A stretch of 64,000 nucleotides of DNA, taken from an uncultured cyanobacterium. Its GTDB lineage: Bacteria > Cyanobacteriota > Cyanobacteriia > PCC-9006 > JAAUQQ01. This document shows positions 16,690 to 26,511 of this stretch, in pieces. The DNA is taken from positions 800,001-864,000 of the forward strand of contig OY970368.1 in assembly GCA_963718615.1 (NCBI GenBank), in the 5' to 3' direction. Position 1 is the first letter of the stretch, and each line of letters starts with the position of its first letter. Made by a program: the position numbers and the translations under genes. The notes below the pieces were generated by a model. It had not been told where the DNA came from and did no database searches. It worked only from the letters and a program-made list of their open reading frames with translations.

Positions 16690-17715
16690 TTGGGAAAAAT
16701 CATTATGGGGTCTTGCAAGTTTTGTAGAGGGACGAAGACGCAGTCGGTTGCGATGCAGGTTATGGGTCTTGGTGCGATCGCCCTCCTCCTCACCAGTTGC
16801 GCCAGCGCCTTGCAATCTGAATCCAACCCAGCGACTCCAAGCTCCCCTAAACTTCCCAAGGTTGTCGCCACCAGCACGATCATCGCTGACCTCACCGAAA
16901 CCATCGCTGGGGATGAAGTCGAAGTCGTAGGTTTGTTGCGGCCTGGGGATGACCCCCACATTTATGAGCCCGTACCCGAGAATATCAAGGACCTAGAAAC
17001 GGCGGATTTAATTCTCTACAACGGCTTTGATCTGGAACCCGCGCTGATTCGGCTGCTCACCTCAGCGGGGCAATCAGCGGAACAACTGGCCGTCGGCGAA
17101 GTGGTTCAGCCCCTGGATTTGGAGAAAGCAGGGCAAAAGCAGCCAGATCCCCATGTGTGGGGGGATGCGGAGAATGCGATCGCCATGACCCAAGTCATCC
17201 GCGATGCCCTCACCCAGCTCTCGCCAGAAGATCAAGCCTTGTTTGCAGCCAATGCCGCCCAGTTGACTCAGAAACTGGAAACCCTCGATCGCTGGATCAT
17301 CAGCCAAATTCAAACCATCCCCCCCAGTCAGCGCAAACTCGTCACCACCCACGATGCCTTCCAGTACTATGCTCGTGCCTATGGCCTAGAGATGCTGGGC
17401 ACGCTCATCGGGATCAGCACCGAAGAACAGCCCAGTGTCCAAACTGTTCAGCAGCTTGTCCAGGCGATTCGTACGGCCCAGATCCGGGCCATTTTTGCTG
17501 AAACGACGATTAATCCCCAACTGATTCGCACCGTTGCCACGGAAGCTGGCGTGAAGCTTGCGCCAGAGCCGCTTTACTCCGATTCCATTGGCGTTCCCGG
17601 CAGTTCTGGGGATTCTTACCTGAAGATGATGGAGGCTAATACGCGGTCCATTGTGGAAGCCTTGGGGGGGAAATTTACGGCCTTTGAGGTGAAGTCTGGT
17701 GATGAAGGCCGGTGA
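16690..17715 (+). CDS. Mn/Zn ABC transporter substrate-binding lipoprotein (TroA/MntC family)
   Basis: Lipobox LTSC, DPHIYEP, DPHVW, THDAFQYY and LYSDSIG motifs. Start uncertain. Confidence 0.93.
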   Translation: MGKIIMGSCKFCRGTKTQSVAMQVMGLGAIALLLTSCASALQSESNPATPSSPKLPKVVATSTIIADLTETIAGDEVEVVGLLRPGDDPHIYEPVPENIKDLETADLILYNGFDLEPALIRLLTSAGQSAEQLAVGEVVQPLDLEKAGQKQPDPHVWGDAENAIAMTQVIRDALTQLSPEDQALFAANAAQLTQKLETLDRWIISQIQTIPPSQRKLVTTHDAFQYYARAYGLEMLGTLIGISTEEQPSVQTVQQLVQAIRTAQIRAIFAETTINPQLIRTVATEAGVKLAPEPLYSDSIGVPGSSGDSYLKMMEANTRSIVEALGGKFTAFEVKSGDEGR

Positions 17716-17849
17716 CCGGCTAGCCAATTAACGGCGGTCTGGGGGCGATCGCTCGATGATTAAACGACGATGATGGGGCCAAGCCTTGCGCGGAGGTGAT
17801 CGGCCGATTGTTATAATGGCTTTAATCTCAGATTCCGAATAGTCGCTCC

Positions 17850-18131
17850 ATGAATCTTCCGACAAGCCTCCAAGCTGCGATCAATCAATGGGCGGAGACC
17901 CAAGGGATTTCGCCGGATGCTCTTTTGGCGCAGGCTGTCATAGAAAAGCTCAACCGTCTACAACAAACCTACAAGCCCGAGCAGTCGGCTTCCGCTTTAG
18001 CTGATTCCAGACGCCTACGCCGCAAAAATAAGGTTTTGATTCTAGAAACTGACTCTGACCCCGCGATCGATATCAATGCTTGGATCGAACAACTCCGCGA
18101 AGAACGGATTCAGGAGCAGATGGCGTTGTGA
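17850..18131 (+). CDS. Putative antitoxin (partner of downstream PIN gene)
   Basis: Small ORF; its stop overlaps the GTG start of the PIN relic (GTGA overlap). Confidence 0.65.
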   Translation: MNLPTSLQAAINQWAETQGISPDALLAQAVIEKLNRLQQTYKPEQSASALADSRRLRRKNKVLILETDSDPAIDINAWIEQLREERIQEQMAL

Positions 18132-18386
18132 GGGTTTTGTTCGATACTTCAGTCGTTTTTGCGGCTTTGATTTCCAGTCACTCAATGTGTCACGCTAACG
18201 CCCGATATCTATCGATTGGCGATCGTCCAAATGGTGCAGCTTGACCTACCGGGGGGTGGCATTTTCGATACATTAATTGCCCAAGCTGCCTTAGAAATCA
18301 ATGCCAGCCAACTGCTCACGCTCAATCCCAAACATTTCACCCGTATCAGTCCGACGGTTGCGAATCTGGTCAAGGTGCCGAGCTGA
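18128..18386 (+). pseudogene. PIN/VapC toxin with internal deletion and frameshift
   Basis: VRVLFDTSVVFAALISSH in one frame; VTLTPDIYRLAI...GGGIFDTLIAQAA...LLTLNPKHFTRI...* in another. The middle of the gene is missing. Confidence 0.8.
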
Positions 18387-18389
18387 GCT

Positions 18390-18430
18390 GTTGGGCGTAG
18401 GGAGAGCACACCCAAGTGCCTACGCCGACA
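18390..18430. repeat. GTAG-type REP-like hairpin overlapping the CHAT-TPR stop
   Basis: GGCGTAGG (18394-18401) and CCTACGCC (18419-18426) form an inverted pair. Confidence 0.5.
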
Positions 18431-21400
18431 ACCGCCGCAAAATCTCTCCCACAATTAACGAATCCCGAAAATCCAATTCCTCACACAATTCATCCTCATC
18501 CCGTGCCCCGGCCCAAATCCGCTGAATCGCCGTGGCTAAGGCTGGAACTTTCGATAACGCGGCCTCTACCTGTGGACGAACTTCGGCATCACTCATCGCC
18601 ACAACCACACCTTGAATGAATCCTTCATTCTGCTTCAACATCTGCTGCGACCCCGCAAAGGCGGCGTAGGACTGGCGGGACTGCCGACGGTAAGCCTGGG
18701 CTTTGGCGGCTTCGCCCTGCTGGGTGGCAATCTGGGCGAGGAGTTCGTAGGTTTTCCAAATCTCAGCGGCGGCGGGGTCTAGGGTTTGCTTGAGCGTGAG
18801 GGCTTCTTCGGCGAGTCGTTGGGCTTCGGGGAGGTTGCCTTGGGTTTGCAGCAGGTCGGCGAGGTTGCTGAGTGATCGCGATGTTTGCACAATATCCCCA
18901 ACCGCTTTGCTAGCCTCGATCGCCTTCCGATACCAAGCCTCTGCCTCCTTGGGTTTCCCGGAGTTTTGACAGACGATCGCCAACTGATTCCAAATCGCGG
19001 CGGCTCCGTTATTCCCAGCAATCAGTCCTTGGGTTTCTTTGATTTGCGACGCTCTTCGATATGCATTTTCTGCCTGCTCCCATGATTTTGCTTCTTGATA
19101 TACCCACCCAAGGCCATGCCACGAGGCCGACTCCTGCTCCGGTTCTTCGAGGGTGCAGAAGGTGGTGAGGGCCGATTGGTAGCGCGTTTCGGCTTCGGCG
19201 AGGTTGCCTTCGAGCATCGCGAGGGTGCCGAGTTGGCCGTTGGAAACAGCCGCCCCGCGTTCATCATTCAGTTCTTGGTCGATCGCCAAACTCACCTCAT
19301 AAGCCTGCCGCGCCGCCCCATAGTCCCCCACAGCCCTCAGCACATCCGCCAAATCCGCCTGCGTTGCGCCCATCTGCCGCTTTACCCCATCACTCGGCTC
19401 CAACTGCCCCAGTTCTGCCAATGCCTGACGGTACAGCACCGCCGCCTGCGCCGGTTGCCCCATTGCCTCCCAGCAGCGTCCCAGTCTGCCCAAGGTAAGA
19501 CACCGCTCATAGCTCGTCCGGTTCCCCCCTTCTGAAGGGGGGCTAGGGGGGATCACCAACCCCGCCAAAATCTCCTCAAAAATCACCTTCGCCTGCTGCG
19601 GCTGCCCCGACTGATACAATCGCTCCCCCGCATTCGTCCGCGCCAGATACCAAGCTTGGGAACCCACCGCCACCGACTGCGCCGCCCGCGCCGCCCGATC
19701 GGTCAGATCCACCCGGTCCCCATTCATCCCAAAGAAATTCAGGAACCAATTCACCTTGTCCACAAAGTCCACCGCCCAGTCTTCCCCCTCGGCGAGTGCC
19801 CCCCGCACCGCCACCAGCAGATTCGGCAGTTCCCGCTGGGCGATGGCACGCGCCGCATAGGGATTCTTATCATCCTCCTGGTACAACCACCCCGACAGCG
19901 CATAGTACCGCTCCCGATGCCGCCGTTGCAGCGCCTCCTGCTCCCCCTCCTCCAGGCTGGCCCACAGCACCCGCGCCAACGTCGGATGAAACTTCAAAAA
20001 CGGCACCCCCACGCCGACATTTTCCAAACCCTCCGCCCTCACCAGCCCCGCCGATTCCAACTGTCGCCGCAACGGCTGCCACTGCTTCGCTGTGAACTCT
20101 GTAATGTCGAGTAAAACATTCTCAAACGCCCCACCCTCAAACACCCCCAACCGCCCCACCAACGCCCTCGCCCCCCCATCCAGCCGCTCCAGCGACAAAT
20201 TCAACGACGCCACCAAACTCCGATCCTTCCCCTGCCCCTCCGGCACCTCCCCCAGCAACCGATCCAACGCCTGGATCACATCCACAATCCCCCGACTGCG
20301 CAACTGCTCCGCCACCAGCGCGATCGACAGCGGATGAAAATCCACCATCCCAAACAACTCAATCAACGCCTTCCTGGCAGGCAACCTGTCCGGTTGCGGC
20401 GGCACCGCCATCAACGCCTGAAAATAATCGATCGCATCATCCGGGTAAGCCACCGTCCCCAACCCCGTCAGCGCCATCAACTGATGCTCATAACCCGATC
20501 GGCCATACCGCCCATGCCCCAAATCATCCTGCCGCGTCGTAATCAGCACCCGACTCTGCCCCGCCTCCGACCAAGCCACTGCCTGCCCCAGCAACGCCTG
20601 CCCCGCCTCCCGCGACAAATCCTCCAAATTATCCAAAATCACCAACACCCGCCGCCGCGCCAGCTCCCTCGTCACCGCATCGGCATCAATCAAATTCGTA
20701 TTTAAATCCCGCGCTAGCGTACTCACCGCCACCGCCACCGCATCCTGCCCCTGAAACGCCGCATAATCCACAAACACCGCCGACTCAAACAGCCCCGTCC
20801 GCACCAACCACCGCCCCGCCTCCGCCGCCAGCGCCGTCTTCCCCTGCCCCCCAAACCCCGCGATCGTCAACCGCCGCGTCTCCTTCCTAGGTTCTGTCGG
20901 ATTCGGCGTAAACGCCCGCTCGATTTGCCACAACTCCCGCCGCCGCCCAAAGAACCCCGCGATCGGCTCCGGTAGGGGCGCGCTTTCCGCGCCCGGTCCC
21001 GCGCCCGGTTCGGCCACCGATCGCGCCTCCCCACCCACCAACACCATCCCCACATCCGCCCCCGACTGATACAGCGTCGGCACAAACCAATCCTCCAACC
21101 GCATCACAATCCGTTCTTGGCCCCGCGATCGTTCCCCCCGATCCTGATTCACCATCAACGATCGCCGCGCATTATCCAACGACTCCCCAATCCCCTTCCC
21201 CCGCACCAACTCCCCATAAAACGCCCCAAACAACATCTCCGTCGTCTTCACCAGCACCGAATAGCTCATCGCCAACACCGACGGCACCCCCGTTTGGGTC
21301 AATCTTGCCGCCACCGAACCGATCGCCCCCGTCTCGCCCTCTTCCTGGCTCTCCTGCCCATACATCGCCGACTGACAAGCCGACAGCACCACCAAACCCA

Positions 21401-22262
21401 AACCCTGTTGATTCAACAACTCACCTAACCGCTCCGCCGACACCAAATCCTTGTGGCCATCCGCCGCCTCAAACAGCAGATAGCCCATATTCTTACCCTC
21501 ACCCTTCAGGTGAGCGCTCTCCCCCGCCTTCCCCGCCAGCGTCCCCGACGCATCGAACACTCCATGCCCATCAAAATGCACAATATCCACCCTGGGCTGC
21601 GCGTCATCCTCCAGCCGCGCCGTCAGCCCTGCCAACGTCCCCGGACGCAAAAACTCCACCACAATCCGTCCCGCACCATGGCGATCGACTGCATCCAGCA
21701 CCGCCCGCGACTCCCCAAACGGATCAATAAACCCCGCATCCGTCGGACGGCTCACCACCATCAGCACCCGCAACGCATCCTTCGGCTTAAACTTCTTCAG
21801 CTTGCGGCCTTTTTTGAGCTGCGACAAATTCCGCCGCACCGAAATCCTCGGTTTTTCGTTGAAAATATAGGCCCCACCCGGCTGATGCAACAGCTCCCAA
21901 GGCAACGCCAAAATCTCCGGCCTCACCGACTGCACCGTCACTAACCGTCCCGGCTCATCATCCGCATCCAGAAATTGATCAAACAACCGAATCGCCGATC
22001 GATCCACAAACGCCGCCTCAAACAGCCGCGTCCCAAGCTTTTTCAAACCGACCGCAATTCTATTTGCCGAATCGTCATCCTCATCCGCCGTATACTGCGC
22101 CCCATAGGTCTCCAAATACCAGCGCACATCCCGAAGCTCTGCCGCCGTAATCGGATTCTCGAAATTGATCGGACTCGAATTCTCACCATCAAACGTGACG
22201 GTCAACTGATTCGCATCGGAAAAATTCAGCAGCAACTCTAGAGGCATTGGAATCCAATCCAA
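18420..22262 (-). CDS. CHAT protease + STAND/NB-ARC-like NTPase + TPR protein (NLR-like caspase)
   Basis: LPWELL, DIVHFDGHG (His), VVLSACQS (Cys), FFGRRREL, Walker A GFGGQGKT, Walker B VILDNLE, HPLSI and C-terminal TPRs. Confidence 0.92.
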   Translation of the reverse strand: MDWIPMPLELLLNFSDANQLTVTFDGENSSPINFENPITAAELRDVRWYLETYGAQYTADEDDDSANRIAVGLKKLGTRLFEAAFVDRSAIRLFDQFLDADDEPGRLVTVQSVRPEILALPWELLHQPGGAYIFNEKPRISVRRNLSQLKKGRKLKKFKPKDALRVLMVVSRPTDAGFIDPFGESRAVLDAVDRHGAGRIVVEFLRPGTLAGLTARLEDDAQPRVDIVHFDGHGVFDASGTLAGKAGESAHLKGEGKNMGYLLFEAADGHKDLVSAERLGELLNQQGLGLVVLSACQSAMYGQESQEEGETGAIGSVAARLTQTGVPSVLAMSYSVLVKTTEMLFGAFYGELVRGKGIGESLDNARRSLMVNQDRGERSRGQERIVMRLEDWFVPTLYQSGADVGMVLVGGEARSVAEPGAGPGAESAPLPEPIAGFFGRRRELWQIERAFTPNPTEPRKETRRLTIAGFGGQGKTALAAEAGRWLVRTGLFESAVFVDYAAFQGQDAVAVAVSTLARDLNTNLIDADAVTRELARRRVLVILDNLEDLSREAGQALLGQAVAWSEAGQSRVLITTRQDDLGHGRYGRSGYEHQLMALTGLGTVAYPDDAIDYFQALMAVPPQPDRLPARKALIELFGMVDFHPLSIALVAEQLRSRGIVDVIQALDRLLGEVPEGQGKDRSLVASLNLSLERLDGGARALVGRLGVFEGGAFENVLLDITEFTAKQWQPLRRQLESAGLVRAEGLENVGVGVPFLKFHPTLARVLWASLEEGEQEALQRRHRERYYALSGWLYQEDDKNPYAARAIAQRELPNLLVAVRGALAEGEDWAVDFVDKVNWFLNFFGMNGDRVDLTDRAARAAQSVAVGSQAWYLARTNAGERLYQSGQPQQAKVIFEEILAGLVIPPSPPSEGGNRTSYERCLTLGRLGRCWEAMGQPAQAAVLYRQALAELGQLEPSDGVKRQMGATQADLADVLRAVGDYGAARQAYEVSLAIDQELNDERGAAVSNGQLGTLAMLEGNLAEAETRYQSALTTFCTLEEPEQESASWHGLGWVYQEAKSWEQAENAYRRASQIKETQGLIAGNNGAAAIWNQLAIVCQNSGKPKEAEAWYRKAIEASKAVGDIVQTSRSLSNLADLLQTQGNLPEAQRLAEEALTLKQTLDPAAAEIWKTYELLAQIATQQGEAAKAQAYRRQSRQSYAAFAGSQQMLKQNEGFIQGVVVAMSDAEVRPQVEAALSKVPALATAIQRIWAGARDEDELCEELDFRDSLIVGEILRRLSA
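19523..19554. repeat. Cyanobacterial short dispersed palindromic repeat inserted in frame in a CDS
   Basis: TCCCCCCTTCTGAAGGGGGGCTAGGGGGGATC; encodes IPPSPPSEGG in an inter-TPR loop. Confidence 0.75.
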
Positions 22263-22291
22263 ATAGACGTTTCAAATCAATGCGAGTTAAC

Positions 22292-22378
22292 CGTAGGTTG
22301 GGTTGAAGCATGAAACCCAACGAGCAAAAGCCTTAAGCCCTGGCTTTGTCGGGTTTCGTTGGCTCAACCCGACCTACG
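22292..22378. repeat. REPIN-like element (paired GTAG REPs)
   Basis: CGTAGGTTGGGTTGAAGCATGAAACCCAAC ... GTCGGGTTTCGTTGGCTCAACCCGACCTACG. Long inverted repeat that supplies the stop codon of the upstream small gene. Confidence 0.85.
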
Positions 22379-22841
22379 CATCCCGCTCGGCAGCATCCTC
22401 ATCTGCGCCGCAGCCATACTCCTCACAAAACGTCCGCAGCCCCAAATGCACCACAATCACCGCCACCGGCACCACCAGAATCGGCACATTCACAATCCCC
22501 AACCCCGCCAAAGCACCCGCCACCACCTGCACCGTGCTAGAGCTACTCAAATCCTGATACTGCTTCCACTGCTGATTCAGCAGCCCCCCCTCCTCACAAA
22601 TATCCCGCCGCGTCACCCGGCCAAACTTGCGCAAAAAATTATCCGTCGGCTCCTGCACTTCCTGCGCCACCAGTTGCCACTGCATCTCCAGCTCCAACCG
22701 TTTGCGAGCCAACTCGTCCTCTGCACCCTTACTCACCCGCAGCTGCACCGTCCGCACCGCCTGCAACTGGGCATCCACCTGCTGGGTCAACTGGTCAATT
22801 TCCGCCGCGCCCAATTCCACGCTGAATCCAGACTCCGCCAT
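22374..22841 (-). CDS. Hypothetical 155-aa protein with helical N-terminus and hydrophobic C-terminal hairpin, co-oriented upstream of CHAT-STAND-TPR
   Basis: AGGGA RBS-like sequence; same G-rich codon style as the CHAT gene; hydrophobic stretch VVAGALAGLGIVNVPILVVPVAVIVVHLGL. Confidence 0.8.
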   Translation of the reverse strand: MAESGFSVELGAAEIDQLTQQVDAQLQAVRTVQLRVSKGAEDELARKRLELEMQWQLVAQEVQEPTDNFLRKFGRVTRRDICEEGGLLNQQWKQYQDLSSSSTVQVVAGALAGLGIVNVPILVVPVAVIVVHLGLRTFCEEYGCGADEDAAERDA

Positions 22842-22965
22842 CTTCCCTAGCTCCTGCCGTCTCGTATTGTCATCCTGTGATTTCTCCGACGGTAACCCAC
22901 ACGCTTAGGTTGCGACCAGAGGGAGAAAACCCTAAAAACAATCGGCACCAGAGATAAGGTCAAGC

Positions 22966-23463
22966 CTAATTCATCGCTTGATAATCCTCAGGACATTGCA
23001 GCAGCGTACCGATCGCCTTTCCTTCTGCCACCTCCACACTTCCTTTCGCCTGCGAGCGGCAAAGAAGGGACGTCGTTTTATCTTCGGACTTGGCCACCAC
23101 CCCCGCATAGCCCCGCAGCTCGGGATTGCGCGATCGCGCCTTATTGGTCACCAGTTTGCCATCCGCCGACGAGGCAACGTCATAGTCATAGAACCGACCC
23201 TGTCCTGGAATCCCTAACTCCAGATCTGCGAGGGACTGGGCGAACGCTTCGTAGACCGCATAATGGGCCTGTTGAGCTCGATTCATGGAGCCGACGAGGG
23301 TTTTACCTTCGGTTTCCTGGGCTTTGACTTTTTGGTTGAGGAAAGAGGGGAGGGCGATCGCCGACAAAATTCCCATCATGACGATCGTAATGAGGAGTTC
23401 CAGCAGGGTAAAACCCCGTTCGGCCTGGGGACAGCGGGAACGCAACAGCAGGAATAACAGCAC
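22966..23463 (-). CDS. Type IV pilin-like G/H family protein
   Basis: Prepilin cleavage motif G|FTLLELLITIV, AIALPSFLNQ, MNRAQQA and a C-terminal Cys pair. Confidence 0.93.
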   Translation of the reverse strand: MLLFLLLRSRCPQAERGFTLLELLITIVMMGILSAIALPSFLNQKVKAQETEGKTLVGSMNRAQQAHYAVYEAFAQSLADLELGIPGQGRFYDYDVASSADGKLVTNKARSRNPELRGYAGVVAKSEDKTTSLLCRSQAKGSVEVAEGKAIGTLLQCPEDYQAMN

Positions 23464-23725
23464 TTTTCTCTCAATATTTCGGTTAGGTTGGGCTACCGAG
23501 ACCCATAGCTCTCTCGGTAGAGGACAGCACCCTGCAAGTCTGTCTGTTTTTACGCAGGTAGGGAATTCAAACCCGCATAGTTTGGAATAGACTTAAATCA
23601 AGGGAGCTGTTTTTGAACCCCATAAAAAATAAACTCAATTTTTCCGGATGCGGAAAGGATTCTGCGTAATCTAGAAGCGTTCAACGCTTCACCCCCAGTG
23701 ATTCGGTCACTAAATCAAGGGATGA

Positions 23726-24298
23726 CTAATTCAAGGGCCTATAGTTGCTGGGACAGACCAGAGCCCCCGCTACGACCGTTCCTTGGCCCACGGGGTCCAT
23801 TCCTGGATCATCCGCTTGACAGAGCACGGTACCAATGCGGCTGCCCTCTAGCAGTGAAACAACACCTGCATAGCCCCGTAGGTTCAAATCCCTCGGTTGG
23901 GCTTGATGGGTCACGACCTCGCCTGGCGCAATCTGGTAAATAAAAGCATTGGTCTGGGTGGGAATCCCTAAGGCCAACGCATTGAGATGGGTCGCAAAAC
24001 TCAAATTTGCCAGGTAGTAGGCCTGCTGGGCTCGGTTCATCGTGCCAATGTAGGTCTTGGCTTCGGATTCTTGGCTCTTGGCCCGTTGGTTCAAGAGGGA
24101 GGGGAGGGCGATTGCCGAGAGAATGCCCAAAATCACCATCGAAATCAGAAGCTCCAGCAGCGTAAATCCCGACGCTGTCGAAGGATGGACAGTGCGATCG
24201 CGAGGGTATGGCGGGTGAGGCGATCCTGCCGAGATGGGCGCAGCCCATTGCAAAATTTTCATGGTGGTCATCCGTCCTGCCTGTCTAACGGATTCCAC
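23726..24298 (-). CDS. Type IV pilin-like G/H family protein
   Basis: G|FTLLELLISMV, AIALPSLLNQ and MNRAQQAYY motifs. Start probably later than annotated. Confidence 0.92.
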   Translation of the reverse strand: MESVRQAGRMTTMKILQWAAPISAGSPHPPYPRDRTVHPSTASGFTLLELLISMVILGILSAIALPSLLNQRAKSQESEAKTYIGTMNRAQQAYYLANLSFATHLNALALGIPTQTNAFIYQIAPGEVVTHQAQPRDLNLRGYAGVVSLLEGSRIGTVLCQADDPGMDPVGQGTVVAGALVCPSNYRPLN

Positions 24299-24335
24299 CC
24301 CACACCGTCTCGATCCGGGATTTCTTTGATAGATC

Positions 24336-24728
24336 CTAGGAGCTTTGGGTGTCCGAGGGTTTGAGGAGGGCTTCTAAGCGTTCCTTGGACCAAGAATCAA
24401 TCGGATAGGAAAAGGCGACAATTTCCGAGAGCTTGATCAACCACACCGCCCGCTCACAGAGCGAGTTGGTGTCGCTTTCATCCACATAGAGGGAGAGAAT
24501 CTCGACAAACTCTCCATCCAAATGAACCGGAACGCCATAAAAACTGCTATTGGCCAAGCGAATCCGAACTTCGGTGCCCTGCTGTAATGCCTCTTGAAGC
24601 CGGTGGAAAAGCAGGTCAGAGATGCGAGCAGATTGTAGTGCCATAGCGATTTTTCCGTCGTAAAGATCACTTCTGCGTTTTTCTATGTTAGCGATGTTGG
24701 CGATGGATGTCTCAACTCGACCCGTCAA
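24336..24728 (-). CDS. Hypothetical protein (true start probably at MALQS, about 24644)
   Basis: ORF with protein-like composition, divergent from 24849. Confidence 0.6.
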   Translation of the reverse strand: MTGRVETSIANIANIEKRRSDLYDGKIAMALQSARISDLLFHRLQEALQQGTEVRIRLANSSFYGVPVHLDGEFVEILSLYVDESDTNSLCERAVWLIKLSEIVAFSYPIDSWSKERLEALLKPSDTQSS

Positions 24729-24848
24729 TGTGGGCCGAATTTTGGGCCGAATGTTAAGGCGGTGGACGATTTTCCAGCTTTTTGGGGCAAGAGTGACCGC
24801 TCTAATGTTACAGGATGTAGTATTGAAAGGTAAACCCTGCTAGAAGGA

Positions 24849-25280
24849 GTGCAGAGACGTACCATGATTGCCCCTGGAATAACCACGATCAAAAGAACAC
24901 CGACAACGGAAATGCAAGTTACGAGTATTCGCCTGGAAACGGATTTGAAGGAGCGACTACGGGCCTTGTCGGGGGTACAGGGGTATCAAAGTTTGATTCG
25001 AGAGATCCTTTGGGACTACGTAGAACGTCAGGAGCAGGGGCAGCGCGATGCGCTCAAGGCCGGGGGGGCACATCGCCTTTCTGCTTCAGAAATTCGGGCA
25101 ACCCTGCCGGCGATCGCCCAACAAGAAGAGTATTGTGCAGTGACGGGGGAGGTTATTTCGGCGCGATCGCCCATGCTCCTAGGACTAACCGCGTCGGGAC
25201 AATTGGTGCCCCTGTCCGAATCTTTAGCACCTGAATCTTTAGCGCCTGAATCTTTAGTGCCCGAGTCTTCTTCATGCTGA
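24849..25280 (+). CDS. Hypothetical protein with ribbon-helix-helix-like N-terminal part
   Basis: VTSIRLETDLKERL...GYQSLIREILWDYV. C-terminal ESLAP x3 arises from a 15-bp tandem repeat. Confidence 0.7.
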   Translation: MQRRTMIAPGITTIKRTPTTEMQVTSIRLETDLKERLRALSGVQGYQSLIREILWDYVERQEQGQRDALKAGGAHRLSASEIRATLPAIAQQEEYCAVTGEVISARSPMLLGLTASGQLVPLSESLAPESLAPESLVPESSSC

Positions 25281-25762
25281 AGTTTCAGCGTAGCATTCAG
25301 ATCAATGCCCCCGTCGAAACCGTTTGGGCCTTTCATGAGCGGGCCGATATCCTGAATATTCTGACTCCCCCCTGGCAGCCGGTGCAGGTTTTGTGGCGAG
25401 AGGGGGGACTTGGGGTTGGGACCAGCTCAGCCTTTCGGCTGTGGCTTGGCCCGCTGCCGGTCCTGTGGCTGGCTCAGCATGTGGAATGCGAGCCGGATCG
25501 CCTTTTTGCGGATCTTCAAACCCAAGGCCCGATGGCCCATTGGCTCCATCGCCACCGCTTTGAGCCGCTTGCTGCCTCAAACCTAGGTCCCGCCCAAATG
25601 CGTTTGACCGATGAAATTGAATATGCCTTACCGGCAGGGGACTGGACAGAGCCGTTGCTCAAAACTTGGGTGAGCGCCCGACTGGGAGATATGTTTGCCT
25701 ACCGGCATCGGGTGACGAAGCTAGCCTGCGAGCGTCTGGAATCCTGCGGATCCTCAGGCTAG
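25274..25762 (+). CDS. SRPBCC family protein
   Basis: INAPVETVWAFH...LTPPW...F.D.Q..GP...W.HRHRF...LTDEIEY...MFAYRHRVT. Confidence 0.9.
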   Translation: MLKFQRSIQINAPVETVWAFHERADILNILTPPWQPVQVLWREGGLGVGTSSAFRLWLGPLPVLWLAQHVECEPDRLFADLQTQGPMAHWLHRHRFEPLAASNLGPAQMRLTDEIEYALPAGDWTEPLLKTWVSARLGDMFAYRHRVTKLACERLESCGSSG

Positions 25763-25886
25763 GGAAAATTCGTAGCCATTCGTCTCGGAATATTCCGGGT
25801 TCAGCGAAAACACGCAGAAAACTACAGTGAGAACCGCAGATCTCATTAGATCTCAATTTAGAACTTAGTAGAACTCGGCTCACTCA

Positions 25887-26498
25887 GTGTGCAGGCAACT
25901 GAATCCCTATGCAATCTTCTGCGTAAGTATGGTTTTTGAGACCCAAACCCTCGTTCAGAGGGAAACTCAGCCCCGAGGACTGGCTGAACAGGACTGTGCC
26001 GTTAATCGGATGGCGACGGAGCTCCGTCGTATTCGGGCCATTACGATTTTTTTGGCCAAAGGCGTGATGCGGATGCAAAAGGCCCGTCGGGAGGCGATCG
26101 CCCTGTCCCCCCACGACTGCAAGCAATACCTGACCTGGGACTTTCCGGTTATTCAAGGCCCCAATGCCGAAAGCACCATCGAACGGTTTGCCAAGTTATC
26201 GGATCCGGAGGCCGAGCGTTCTGAATCTCGGTATTTGGGCAAAGCTGGCAGCCGGGAAAGCAAAGGCTGGATTCCGGTGGAATACCGCTATCCTGGTTCT
26301 CAGCCCTATACCTGGTCTCGTAGCGTGCTGGTGTTGTTGAATACTGGCGGAATGGCGATTAGCAGCTATTTTGACCACCCCAATCAGGAGGGGCAGTGGC
26401 TTGGCCTTGACACAGGCATGGGCCAGGTCACCCATTGGCATGAGCTGCCGCCGCTACCCAGGCGCGGGGATCCCCTAGAGGAGGTGATTTGGATTTAG
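25887..26498 (+). CDS. Hypothetical protein with C-terminal DUF551-like domain
   Basis: GWIPVEYRYP ... VTHWHELPPLP boundary motifs. Start uncertain. Confidence 0.65.
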   Translation: MCRQLNPYAIFCVSMVFETQTLVQRETQPRGLAEQDCAVNRMATELRRIRAITIFLAKGVMRMQKARREAIALSPHDCKQYLTWDFPVIQGPNAESTIERFAKLSDPEAERSESRYLGKAGSRESKGWIPVEYRYPGSQPYTWSRSVLVLLNTGGMAISSYFDHPNQEGQWLGLDTGMGQVTHWHELPPLPRRGDPLEEVIWI

Positions 26499-26511
26499 AG
26501 GGGCTGACCGA

